Positions 1-13,200 of a DNA stretch of 64,000 nucleotides are shown in pieces. Within the stretch, counting starts at the first letter, position 1. Each line of letters opens with the position of its first letter. Both the position numbers and the translations under genes were made by a program. The notes beneath the pieces were generated by a model that did not search any database, was not told the origin of the DNA, and saw only the letters and a list, made by a program, of their open reading frames with translations. Location: NCBI GenBank assembly GCA_964016885.1, contig OZ024744.1, positions 11,346,001 through 11,410,000 of the forward strand, read 5' to 3'. The stretch is from Eledone cirrhosa (Eukaryota).

Positions 1-567
1 TTTGATGTTGTACTCAAATATGTTGTGTTGTTGTACTCCAATATGTTTTGATGTTGTACTCCAATATGTTGTGTTGTTGTACTCCAATATGTTGTGTAGT
101 CTTACTCCAATATGTTGTGTTGTTGTACTCCAATATGCTGTGATGTTGTACTCCAATATGATGTGATGTTGTACTCCAATGTGTTGTGTTGTTGTACTCC
201 AATGTGATGTGTTGTTGTACTCCAATATGTTGTTGTACTCCAATATGCCATGTTGTCGTACTCCAATATTTCGTGTTGTTGTACTCCAATATGTCATGGT
301 GTTGTACTCCAATATGTTGTGTTGTTGTACTCCAATATGTTGTGTTGTTGTACTCCAATATGCTGTGTTGTTGTACTCCAATATGTTGTGTTGTTGTACT
401 CCAATATGTTGTGTTGTTGTACTCCAATATGTTGTGTTGTTGTACTCCAATATGCCATGTTGTTATACTCCAATATGTGGTGGTGTTGTACTCCAATATG
501 TCATGTTGTTGTACTCCAATATTTCGTGTTGTTGTACTCCAATATTTCATAGGGGTTGTACTCCAAT

Positions 568-3500
568 ATGTTGTGTTGTTATACTCCAATATGGTGTGTT
601 GTTGTACTCCAATATGTTGTATTGTTTTCTCCAATATGTCATGTTATACTCCAATATGGTGTGTTCGTGTACTCCAATATGTTGTGTTATTGTACTCCAA
701 TATGTTGCGTTGTTGTACTCCAATATGTTGTGTTGTTATACTCCAATATGTCGTGTGGCTGTACTCCAATATGTCATGTTGTTGTACTCCAATATGTCTT
801 GTTATAGTCCAATATGTCGTGTTGTTGTACTCCAATATATCATGTAGTTGTACTCCAATATTTCGTGTTGTTGTACCCCAATATGTAGTGTTGTTTATAC
901 TCCAATATGTTTTGCTGTTGTACTCCAATATGTTGTGTTGCTGTACTCCTATATGTTGTGTTGTTATTCTCCAATATGTTGTGCTGTTGTACTCCAATGT
1001 GTTGTGTTGTTATACTCCAATGTGTTGTGTTGTTATACTCCAATATGTTGTGTTGTTGTAGTCCAATATGTTGTGTTGTCGTACTCCAATATGTTGTGTT
1101 GTTATACTCCAATATTTCGTGTGGTTGTACTCCAGTATGTCATGGTGTTGTACTTCAATATGTCGTGTTGTTGTACTCCAATATGTTGTCTTGTTGTACT
1201 CCAATCTGTTGTATTGTTGTACTTCAATATGTTCTGTTGTTGTACTCCAATATATTGTGTTGTTGTACTCCAATATGTTGTGTTGTTGTACTCCAATATG
1301 CTGTGTTGTTGTACTCCAATATGTTGTGTTGTTGTACTCCAACATGTTGTGTTGTTGTACTCCAATATCTTGTGTTCTTATACTCCAATATGTTGTGTTG
1401 TTATACTCCAATATGTTGTGTTGTTGTACTCCAATATGTTGTGCTGTTGTACTCCAATATGATGTGCTGTTGTACTCCAATATGTTGTGTTGTTGTACTC
1501 CAATGTGTTGTGTTGTTGTACTCCAATATGTTGTGCCGTTGTACTCCAATATTTTTTTGTTTTTGTACTCCAAAATGTTGTGTTGTTATACTCCAATATG
1601 TTGTGTTGGTTTACTCCAATATGGTGTGCTGTTGTACTCCAAATCTCGTGTTGTTATACTCCAATGTGTTGTGTTGTTATACTCCAATATGGTGTGTTGT
1701 TGAACTCCAATATGTTGTATTGTTTTTCTCCAATATGTCATGTTATACTCCAATATGTCGTGTTGCTGTACTCCAATATGTCATGCTGTTGTACTTCAAT
1801 ATGTTTTGCTGTTGTACTCCACCGTGTTGTGTTGTTGAACTCCAATACGTTGTGTTGTTGTTCTCCAATATTTTGTGCTGTTGTACTCCAATTTGTGTTG
1901 TTGTACTCCAATATGTTGTGTTGTTGTACTCCAATATGTTGTGTTGTTGTACTCCAATATGTTGTGTTGTTATACTCCAATATGTTGTGCTGTTGTACTC
2001 CAATATTTCGTGTTGTTGTACTCCAATATGTCGTGTTGTTGTACTCCAATATGTTTTGATGTTGTACTCAAATATGTTGTGTTGTTGTACTCCAATATGT
2101 TTTGATGTTGTACTCCAATATGTTGTGTTGTTGTACTCCAATATGTTGTGTAGTCTTACTCCAATATGTTGTGTTGTTGTACTCCAATATGCTGTGATGT
2201 TGTACTCCAATATGATGTGATGTTGTACTCCAATGTGTTGTGTTGTTGTACTCCAATGTGATGTGTTGTTGTACTCCAATATGTTGTTGTACTCCAATAT
2301 GCCATGTTGTCGTACTCCAATATTTCGTGTTGTTGTACTCCAATATGTCATGGTGTTGTACTCCAATATGTTGTGTTGTTGTACTCCAATATGTTGTGTT
2401 GTTGTACTCCAATATGCTGTGTTGTTGTACTCCAATATGTTGTGTTGTTGTACTCCAATATGTTGTGTTGTTGTACTCCAATATGTTGTGTTGTTGTACT
2501 CCAATATGTTGTGTTGTTGTACTCCAATATGCCATGTTGTTATACTCCAATATGTGGTGGTGTTGTACTCCAATATGTCATGTTGTTGTACTCCAATATT
2601 TCGTGTTGTTGTACTCCAATATGTCATAGGGGTTGTACTCCAATATGCTGTGTTGCTGTACTCCAATAGGTTGTGTTGTTGTACTCCAATATGCTGTGTT
2701 GGCTGTGCTCCAATACGTTGTGTTGTTGTACTCCAATATGCTGTGCTGCTGTACTCCAATATGTTGTGTTGTTGTACTCCAATATGTTGTGTTGTTGTAC
2801 TCCAATATGTTGTGTTGTTGTACTCCAATCTATATCGCTGTTGTACTCCAATATGTTGTGTTGTTGTACTCCAATATGTTGTGCTGTTGTACTCCAATAT
2901 GTTGTGCTGTTGTGCTCCAATATTTTGTGCTGTTATACTCCAATATATTGTGTTGTTATAATCCAATATGTTGTGTTGTTGTACTCCAAAATATTGTGTT
3001 GTTATACTCCAATATGTTGTGTTGTTATACTCCAATAAGTTGTGCTGTTATACTCCAATATGTTGTGTTGTTGTACTCCAATATGTTGTGCTGTTATACT
3101 CCAATATTTTGTGTTGTTATACTCCAATATGTGGTATTGTTGTACTCCAATATGTTGTGCTGTTGTACTCCAATATGTTGTGTTGTTATACTCCAACATG
3201 TTGTGTTGTTATACTCCAATATGTTGTGTTGTTATACTCGAATATGTTGTGTTGTTATACTCGAATATCTTGTGTTGTTATACTCGAATATGTTGTGCTG
3301 TTGTACTCCAATATGTCGTGTTGTTGTACTCCAATATATCATGTAGTTGTACTCCAATATTTCGTGTTGTTGTACCCCAATATGTAGTGTTGTTTATACT
3401 CCAATATGTTTTGCTGTTGTACTCCAATATGTTGTGTTGCTGTACTCCTATATGTTGTGTTGTTATTCTCCAATATGTTGTGCTGTTGTACTCCAATGTG

Positions 3501-4936
3501 TTGTGTTGTTATACTCCAATATGTTGTGTTGATTTACTCCAATATGTTGTGTTGTTGTACTCCAATCTGTTGTGTTGTTATACTCCAATGTGTTGTGTTG
3601 TTATACTCCAATATGTTGTGTTGTTGTAGTCCAATATGTTGTGTTGTCGTACTCCAATATGTTGTGTTGTTATACTCCAATATTTCGTGTGGTTGTACTC
3701 CAATATGTCATGGTGTTGTACTTCAATATGTCGTGTTGTTGTACTCCAATATGTTGTCTTGCTGTACTCCAATATGTTGTGTTGTTGTACTCCAATATCT
3801 TGTGTTCTTATACTCCAATATGTTGTGTTGTTATACTCCAATATGTTGTGTTGTTGTACTCCAATATGTTGTGCTGTTTTACTCCAATATGTTGTGTTGT
3901 TGTACTCCAATATGTTGTATTGTTTTTCTCCAATATGTCATGTTATACTCCAATAAGTTGTGTTCTTGTACTCCAATATGTTGTGTTGTTGTACTCCAAT
4001 ATATCATGTTGTCGTACTCCAATATGTCATGTTATACTCCAATATGTCATTGTTGTACTCCAATATGTCGTGTTGTTGTACTCCAATATGTCGTGTTGTT
4101 GTACTCCAATATGTTGTGTTGTTGTACTCCAATATGTTGTGTTGTTGTACTCCAATATGTTGTGTTGTTATACTCCAATATGTTATGTTGTTGTACTCCA
4201 ATATGTCATGTTGTTGTACTCCAATATGTTTTGATGTTGTACTCCAATATGTTGTGTTGTTGTACTCCAATATGTTTTGATGTTGTAGTCCAATATGTTG
4301 TGTTGTTGTACTCCAATATGTTGTGTAGTCGTACTCCAATATGTTGTGTTGTTGTACTCCAATATGCTGTGATGTTATACTCCAATATGATGTGCTGTTG
4401 TACTCCAATGCGTTGTGTTGTTGTACTCCAATATGCTGTGTTGTTATACTCCAATATGTTGTGTTGTTGTACTCCAATATGTTGTGTTGTTGTACTCCAA
4501 TATGTTGTGTTGTTGTAATCCAATATCTTGTGTAGTTATACTCCAATATGTTGTGCTGTTGTACTCCAATATGTTGAGTTGTTATACTCCAATATGTAGT
4601 GTTGTTATACTCCAATATGTTGTGTTGTTGTACTCCAATCTGTTGCGTTATACTCCAATATGTTGTGTTGTTATACTCCAATATGTTGTGTTGTTATACT
4701 CCAATATGTTGTGTTGTTGTACTCCAATATGTTGTGTAGTCGTATTCCAATATGTTGTGTTGTTGTACTCTAATATGTTTTGTTGTTATTCTCCAATATG
4801 TTGTGATGTTGTACTCCAATGTGTTGTGTTGTTGTACTCCAATGTGATGTGTTGCTGTACTCCAATATGTTGTGCTGTTGTACTCCAATATTTTTTGTTT
4901 TTTGTACTCCAATATGTTGTGTTGTTATACTCCAAT
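568..4936 (+). repeat. Left-domain HOR unit 1 (4369 bp; lacks ~1 kb relative to units 2-3)
   Basis: The marker ATGGTGTGTTG...ATTGTTTTCTCC lies at 591 and 4960. Near-identical ORFs are offset by 4369 (848/5217, 907/5276, 1743/6112, 3347/7716), then by 4392 after one extra monomer (3636/8028, 4415/8807). Confidence 0.9.
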
Positions 4937-7900
4937 ATGTTGTGTTGTTATACTCCAATATGGTGTGTTGTTGTACTCCAATATGTTGTATTGTTTTCTC
5001 CAATATGTCATGTTATACTCCAATATGGTGTGTTCGTGTACTCCAATATGTTGTGTTATTGTACTCCAATATGTTGCGTTGTTGTACTCCAATATGTTGT
5101 GTTGTTATACTCCAATATGTCGTGTGGCTGTACTCCAATATGTCATGTTGTTGTACTCCAATATGTCTTGTTATAGTCCAATATGTCGTGTTGTTGTACT
5201 CCAATATATCATGTAGTTGTACTCCAATATTTCGTGTTGTTGTACCCCAATATGTAGTGTTGTTTATACTCCAATATGTTTTGCTGTTGTACTCCAATAT
5301 GTTGTGTTGCTGTACTCCTATATGTTGTGTTGTTATTCTCCAATATGTTGTGCTGTTGTACTCCAATGTGTTGTGTTGTTATACTCCAATGTGTTGTGTT
5401 GTTATACTCCAATATGTTGTGTTGTTGTAGTCCAATATGTTGTGTTGTCGTACTCCAATATGTTGTGTTGTTATACTCCAATATTTCGTGTGGTTGTACT
5501 CCAGTATGTCATGGTGTTGTACTTCAATATGTCGTGTTGTTGTACTCCAATATGTTGTCTTGTTGTACTCCAATCTGTTGTATTGTTGTACTTCAATATG
5601 TTCTGTTGTTGTACTCCAATATATTGTGTTGTTGTACTCCAATATGTTGTGTTGTTGTACTCCAATATGCTGTGTTGTTGTACTCCAATATGTTGTGTTG
5701 TTGTACTCCAATATGTTGTGTTGTTGTACTCCAATATCTTGTGTTCTTATACTCCAATATGTTGTGTTGTTATACTCCAATATGTTGTGTTGTTGTACTC
5801 CAATATGTTGTGCTGTTGTACTCCAATATGATGTGCTGTTGTACTCCAATATGTTGTGTTGTTGTACTCCAATGTGTTGTGTTGTTGTACTCCAATATGT
5901 TGTGCCGTTGTACTCCAATATTTTTTTGTTTTTGTACTCCAAAATGTTGTGTTGTTATACTCCAATATGTTGTGTTGGTTTACTCCAATATGGTGTGCTG
6001 TTGTACTCCAAATCTCGTGTTGTTATACTCCAATGTGTTGTGTTGTTATACTCCAATATGGTGTGTTGTTGAACTCCAATATGTTGTATTGTTTTTCTCC
6101 AATATGTCATGTTATACTCCAATATGTCGTGTTGCTGTACTCCAATATGTCATGCTGTTGTACTTCAATATGTTTTGCTGTTGTACTCCACCGTGTTGTG
6201 TTGTTGAACTCCAATACGTTGTGTTGTTGTTCTCCAATATTTTGTGCTGTTGTACTCCAATTTGTGTTGTTGTACTCCAATATGTTGTGTTGTTGTACTC
6301 CAATATGTTGTGTTGTTGTACTCCAATATGTTGTGTTGTTATACTCCAATATGTTGTGCTGTTGTACTCCAATATTTCGTGTTGTTGTACTCCAATATGT
6401 CGTGTTGTTGTACTCCAATATGTTTTGATGTTGTACTCAAATATGTTGTGTTGTTGTACTCCAATATGTTTTGATGTTGTACTCCAATATGTTGTGTTGT
6501 TGTACTCCAATATGTTGTGTAGTCTTACTCCAATATGTTGTGTTGTTGTACTCCAATATGCTGTGATGTTGTACTCCAATATGATGTGATGTTGTACTCC
6601 AATGTGTTGTGTTGTTGTACTCCAATGTGATGTGTTGTTGTACTCCAATATGTTGTTGTACTCCAATATGCCATGTTGTCGTACTCCAATATTTCGTGTT
6701 GTTGTACTCCAATATGTCATGGTGTTGTACTCCAATATGTTGTGTTGTTGTACTCCAATATGTTGTGTTGTTGTACTCCAGTATGTTGTGTTGTTGTACT
6801 CCAATATGTTGTGTTGTTGTACTCCAATATGTTGTGTTGTTGTACTCCAATATGTTGTGTTGTTGTACTCCAATATGTTGTGTTGTTGTACTCCAATATG
6901 CCATGTTGTTATACTCCAATATGTGGTGGTGTTGTACTCCAATATGTCATGTTGTTGTACTCCAATATTTCGTGTTGTTGTACTCCAATATGTCATAGGG
7001 GTTGTACTCCAATATGCTGTGTTGCTGTACTCCAATAGGTTGTGTTGTTGTACTCCAATATGCTGTGTTGGCTGTGCTCCAATACGTTGTGTTGTTGTAC
7101 TCCAATATGCTGTGCTGCTGTACTCCAATATGTTGTGTTGTTGTACTCCAATATGTTGTGTTGTTGTACTCCAATATGTTGTGTTGTTGTACTCCAATCT
7201 ATATCGCTGTTGTACTCCAATATGTTGTGTTGTTGTACTCCAATATGTTGTGCTGTTGTACTCCAATATGTTGTGCTGTTGTACTCCAATATTTTGTGCT
7301 GTTATACTCCAATATATTGTGTTGTTATACTCCAATATGTTGTGTTGTTGTACTCCAAAATATTGTGTTGTTATACTCCAATATGTTGTGTTGTTATACT
7401 CCAATAAGTTGTGCTGTTATACTCCAATATGTTGTGTTGTTGTACTCCAATATGTTGTGCTGTTATACTCCAATATTTTGTGTTGTTATACTCCAATATG
7501 TGGTATTGTTGTACTCCAATATGTTGTGCTGTTGTACTCCAATATGTTGTGTTGTTATACTCCAACATGTTGTGTTGTTATACTCCAATATGTTGTGTTG
7601 TTATACTCGAATATGTTGTGTTGTTATACTCGAATATATTGTGTTGTTATACTCGAATATGTTGTGCTGTTGTACTCCAATATGTCGTGTTGTTGTACTC
7701 CAATATATCATGTAGTTGTACTCCAATATTTCGTGTTGTTGTACCCCAATATGTAGTGTTGTTTATACTCCAATATGTTTTGCTGTTGTACTCCAATATG
7801 TTGTGTTGCTGTACTCCTATATGTTGTGTTGTTATTCTCCAATATGTTGTGCTGTTGTACTCCAATGTGTTGTGTTGTTATACTCCAATATGTTGTGTTG

Positions 7901-10299
7901 ATTTACTCCAATATGTTGTGTTGTTGTACTCCAATCTGTTGTGTTGTTATACTCCAATGTGTTGTGTTGTTATACTCCAATGTGTTGTGTTGTTATACTC
8001 CAATATGTTGTGTTGTTGTAGTCCAATATGTTGTGTTGTCGTACTCCAATATGTTGTGTTGTTATACTCCAATATTTCGTGTGGTTGTACTCCAATATGT
8101 CATGGTGTTGTACTTCAATATGTCGTGTTGTTGTACTCCAATATGTTGTCTTGCTGTACTCCAATATGTTGTGTTGTTGTACTCCAATATCTTGTGTTCT
8201 TATACTCCAATATGTTGTGTTGTTATACTCCAATATGTTGTGTTGTTGTACTCCAATATGTTGTGCTGTTTTACTCCAATATGTTGTGTTGTTGTACTCC
8301 AATATGTTGTATTGTTTTTCTCCAATATGTCATGTTATACTCCAATAAGTTGTGTTCTTGTACTCCAATATGTTGTGTTGTTGTACTCCAATATATCATG
8401 TTGTCGTACTCCAATATGTCATGCTATACTCCAATATGTCATTGTTGTACTCCAATATGTCGTGTTGTTGTACTCCAATATGTCGTGTTGTTGTACTCCA
8501 ATATGTTGTGTTGTTGTACTCCAATATGTTGTGTTGTTGTACTCCAATATGTTGTGTTGTTATACTCCAATATGTTATGTTGTTGTACTCCAATATGTCA
8601 TGTTGTTGTACTCCAATATGTTTTGATGTTGTACTCCAATATGTTGTGTTGTTGTACTCCAATATGTTTTGATGTTGTAGTCCAATATGTTGTGTTGTTG
8701 TACTCCAATATGTTGTGTAGTCGTACTCCAATATGTTGTGTTGTTGTACTCCAATATGCTGTGATGTTGTACTCCAATATGATGTGCTGTTGTACTCCAA
8801 TGCGTTGTGTTGTTGTACTCCAATATGCTGTGTTGTTATACTCCAATATGTTGTGTTGTTGTACTCCAATATGTTGTGTTGTTGTACTCCAATATGTTGT
8901 GTTGTTGTAATCCAATATCTTGTGTAGTTATACTCCAATATGTTGTGCTGTTGTACTCCAATATGTTGAGTTGTTATACTCCAATATGTAGTGTTGTTAT
9001 ACTCCAATATGTTGTGTTGTTGTACTCCAATCTGTTGCGTTATACTCCAATATGTTGTGTTGTTATACTCCAATATGTTGTGTTGTTTTACTCCAATATG
9101 TTGTATTGTTGATCTCCAATATGTCATATTATACTCCAATAAGTTGTGTTCTTGTACTCCAATATGTGTTGTTGTTGTACTCCAATATGTTGCGTTGTTG
9201 TACTCCAATATATCATGTTGTCGTACTCCAATATGTCATGTTATACTCCAATATGTTTTGATGCTGTACTCCAATATGTTGTGTTGTTGTACTACAATAT
9301 GTTGTGTTGTTGTACTCCAATATGTTGTGTTGTTATACTCCAATATGTTGTGTTGTTGTACTCCAATATGCTGTGTTGTTATACTCCAATATGTAGTGTT
9401 GTTATACTCCAATATGTTGTGTTGTTTTACTCCAATCTGTTGTGTTGTTATACTCCAATATATTGTGTTGTTATACTCCAATATGTTGTGTTGTTTTACT
9501 CCAATATGTTGTGTTGTTGTACTCCAATATGTTGTATTGTTGTTCTCCAATATGTCATGTTATACTCCAATAAGTTGTGTTCTTGTACTCCAATATGTTG
9601 TGTTGTTGTACTCCAATATGTTGTGTTGTTGTACTCCAATATATCATGTTGTCGTACTCCAATATGTCATGTTATACTCCAATATGTCGTTGTTATACTC
9701 CAATATGTCATGATGTTGTACTCCAATATGTCGTGTTCTTGTACTCCAATATGTCGTGTTGTCGTACTCCAATATGTTGTGTTGTTGTACTCCAATATGT
9801 TGTGCTGTTGTACTCCAATATGTTGTGTTGTTGTACTCCAATATGTTGTGCTGTTATACTCCAATATGGTGTGCTGTTGTACTCCAATATTTCGTGTTGT
9901 TGTACTCCAATACGTTGTGTTGTACTCCAATATGTTGTGTTGTTATACTCCAATATGTTATGTTGTTGTACTCCAATGTGTCTTGTTGTTGTACTCCAAT
10001 ATGTTTTGATGTTGTACTCCAATATGTTGTGTTGTTGTACTCCAATATGTTTTGATGTTGTACTCCAATATGTTGTGTTGTTGTACTCCAATATGTTGTG
10101 TAGTCGTATTCCAATATGTTGTGTTGTTGTACTCTAATATGTTTTGTTGTTATTCTCCAATATGTTGTGATGTTGTACTCCAATGTGTTGTGTTGTTGTA
10201 CTCCAATGTGATGTGTTGCTGTACTCCAATATGTTGTGCTGTTGTAATCCATATTTTTTGTTTTTTGTACTCCAATATGTTGTGTTGTTATACTCCAAT
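4937..10299 (+). repeat. Left-domain HOR unit 2 (~5363 bp)
   Basis: The same start marker lies at 4960 and 10323. The order of diagnostic variants matches unit 1 (TACCCC, T-tract, CCACCGTG, CATAGGGG, TCGAA triplet), plus an extra ~9085-10070 segment. Confidence 0.88.
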
Positions 10300-13200
10300 A
10301 TGTTGTGTTGTTATACTCCAATATGGTGTGTTGTTGTACTCCAATATGTTGTATTGTTTTCTCCAATATGTCATGTTATACTCCAATATGGTGTGTTCGT
10401 GTACTCCAATATGTTGCGTTGTTGTACTGCAATATGTTGTGTTGTTATACTCCAATATGTCGTGTGGCTGTACTCCAATATGTCATGTTGTTGTACTCCA
10501 ATATGTCTTGTTATAGTCCAATATGTCGTGTTGTTGTACTCCAATATATCATGTAGTTGTACTCCAATATTTCGTGTTGTTGTACCCCAATATGTAGTGT
10601 TGTTTATACTCCAATATGTTTTGCTGTTGTACTCCAATATGTTGTGTTGCTGTACTCCTATATGTTGTGTTGTTATTCTCCAATATGTTGTGCTGTTGTA
10701 CTCCAATGTGTTGTGTTGTTATACTCCAATGTGTTGTGTTGTTATACTCCAATATGTTGTGTTGTTGTAGTCCAATATGTTGTGTTGCCGTACTCCAATA
10801 TGTTGTGTTGTTATACTCCAATATTTCGTGTGGTTGTACTCCAGTATGTCATGGTGTTGTACTTCAATATGTCGTGTTGTTGTACTCCAATATGTTGTCT
10901 TGTTGTACTCCAATCTGTTGTATTGTTGTACTTCAATATGTTCTGTTGTTGTACTCCAATATATTGTGTTGTTGTACTCCAATATGTTGTGTTGTTGTAC
11001 TCCAATATGCTGTGTTGTTGTACTCCAATATGTTGTGTTGTTGTACTCCAATATGTTGTGTTGTTGTACTCCAATATCTTGTGTTCTTATACTCCAATAT
11101 GTTGTGTTGTTATACTCCAATATGTTGTGTTGTTGTACTCCAATATGTTGTGCTGTTGTACTCCAATATGATGTGCTGTTGTACTCCAATATGTTGTGTT
11201 GTTGTACTCCAATGTGTTTTGTTGTGGTACTCCAATATGTTGTGCCGTTGTACTCCAATATTTTTTTGTTTTTGTACTCCAAAATGTTGTGTTGTTATAC
11301 TCCAATATGTTGTGTTGGTTTACTCCAATATGGTGTGCTGTTGTACTCCAAATCTCGTGTTGTTATACTCCAATGTGTTGTGTTGTTATACTCCAATATG
11401 GTGTGTTGTTGAACTCCAATATGTTGTATTGTTTTTCTCCAATATGTCATGTTATACTCCAATATGTCGTGTTGCTGTACTCCAATATGTCATGCTGTTG
11501 TACTTCAATATGTTTTGCTGTTGTACTCCACCGTGTTGTGTTGTTGAACTCCAATACGTTGTGTTGTTGTTCTCCAATATTTTTGTGCTGTTGTACTCCA
11601 ATTTGTGTTGTTGTACTCCAATATGTTGTGTTGTTGTACTCCAATATGTTGTGTTGTTGTACTCCAATATGTTGTGTTGTTGTACTCCAATATGTTGTGT
11701 TGTTATACTCCAATATGTTGTGCTGTTGTACTCCAATATTTCGTGTTGTTATACTCCAATACGTCGTGTTGTTGTACTCCAATATGTTTTGATGTTGTAC
11801 TCAAATATGTTGTGTTGTTGTACTCCAATATGTTTTGATGTTGTACTCCAATATGTTGTGTTGTTGTACTCCAATATGTTGTGTAGTCTTACTCCAATAT
11901 GTTGTGTTGTTGTACTCCAATATGCTGTGATGTTGTACTCCAATATGATGTGATGTTGTACTCCAATGTGTTGTGTTGTTGTACTCCAATGTGATGTGTT
12001 GTTGTACTCCAATATGTTGTGTTGTTATACTCCAATATGTTATGTTGTTGTACTCCAATATGTCATGTTGTTGTACTCCAATATGTTTTGATGTTGTACT
12101 CCAATATGTCGTGTTGTTATACTCCAATATGTTATGATGTTGTACTCCAATATATTGTGTTGTTGTACTCCAATATGTTGTGTCGTTGTACTCCAATACG
12201 TTGTGTTGTTGTACTCCAATATGTTGTGTTGTTGTACTCCAATATGTTGTTGTACTCCAATATGCCATGTTGTCGTACTCCAATATTTCGTGTTGTTGTA
12301 CTCCAATATGTCATGGTGTTGTACTCCAATATGTTGTGTTGTTGTACTCCAATATGTTGTGTTGTTGTACTCCAATATGTTGTGTTGTTGTACTCCAATA
12401 TGCCATGTTGTTGTACTCCAATATGTTGTGTTGTTGTACTCCAATATGTTGTGTTGTTGTACTCCAATATGTTGTGTTGTTGTACTCCAATATGCCATGT
12501 TGTTATACTCCAATATGTGGTGGTGTTGTACTCCAATATGTCATGTTGTTGTACTCCAATATTTCGTGTTGTTGTACTCCAATATGTCATAGGGGTTGTA
12601 CTCCAATATGCTGTGTTGCTGTACTCCAATAGGTTGTGTTGTTGTACTCCAATATGCTGTGTTGGCTGTGCTCCAATACGTTGTGTTGTTGTACTCCAAT
12701 ATGCTGTGCTGCTGTACTCCAATATGTTGTGTTGTTGTACTCCAATATGTTGTGTTGTTGTACTCCAATATGTTGTGTTGTTGTACTCCAATCTATATCG
12801 CTGTTGTACTCCAATATGTTGTGTTGTTGTACTCCAATATGTTGTGCTGTTGTACTCCAATATGTTGTGCTGTTGTACTCCAATATTTTGTGCTGTTATA
12901 CTCCAATATGTTGTGTTGTTATACTCCAATATGTTGTGTTGTTGTACTCCAAAATATTGTGTTGTTATACTCCAATATGTTGTGTTGTTATACTCCAATA
13001 AGTTGTGCTGTTATACTCCAATATGTTGTGTTGTTGTACTCCAATATGTTGTGCTGTTATACTCCAATATTTTGTGTTGTTATACTCCAATATGTGGTAT
13101 TGTTGTACTCCAATATGTTGTGCTGTTGTACTCCAATATGTTGTGTTGTTATACTCCAACATGTTGTGTTGTTATACTCCAATATGTTGTGTTGTTATAC

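Noticed and set aside
1743-3035. Minus-strand Thr/Asn-rich ORFs as mucin- or adhesin-like proteins
   Set aside because: There is no signal peptide or non-repeat region, the repeat unit is not a multiple of 3, and the commonest variant introduces TAA stops.
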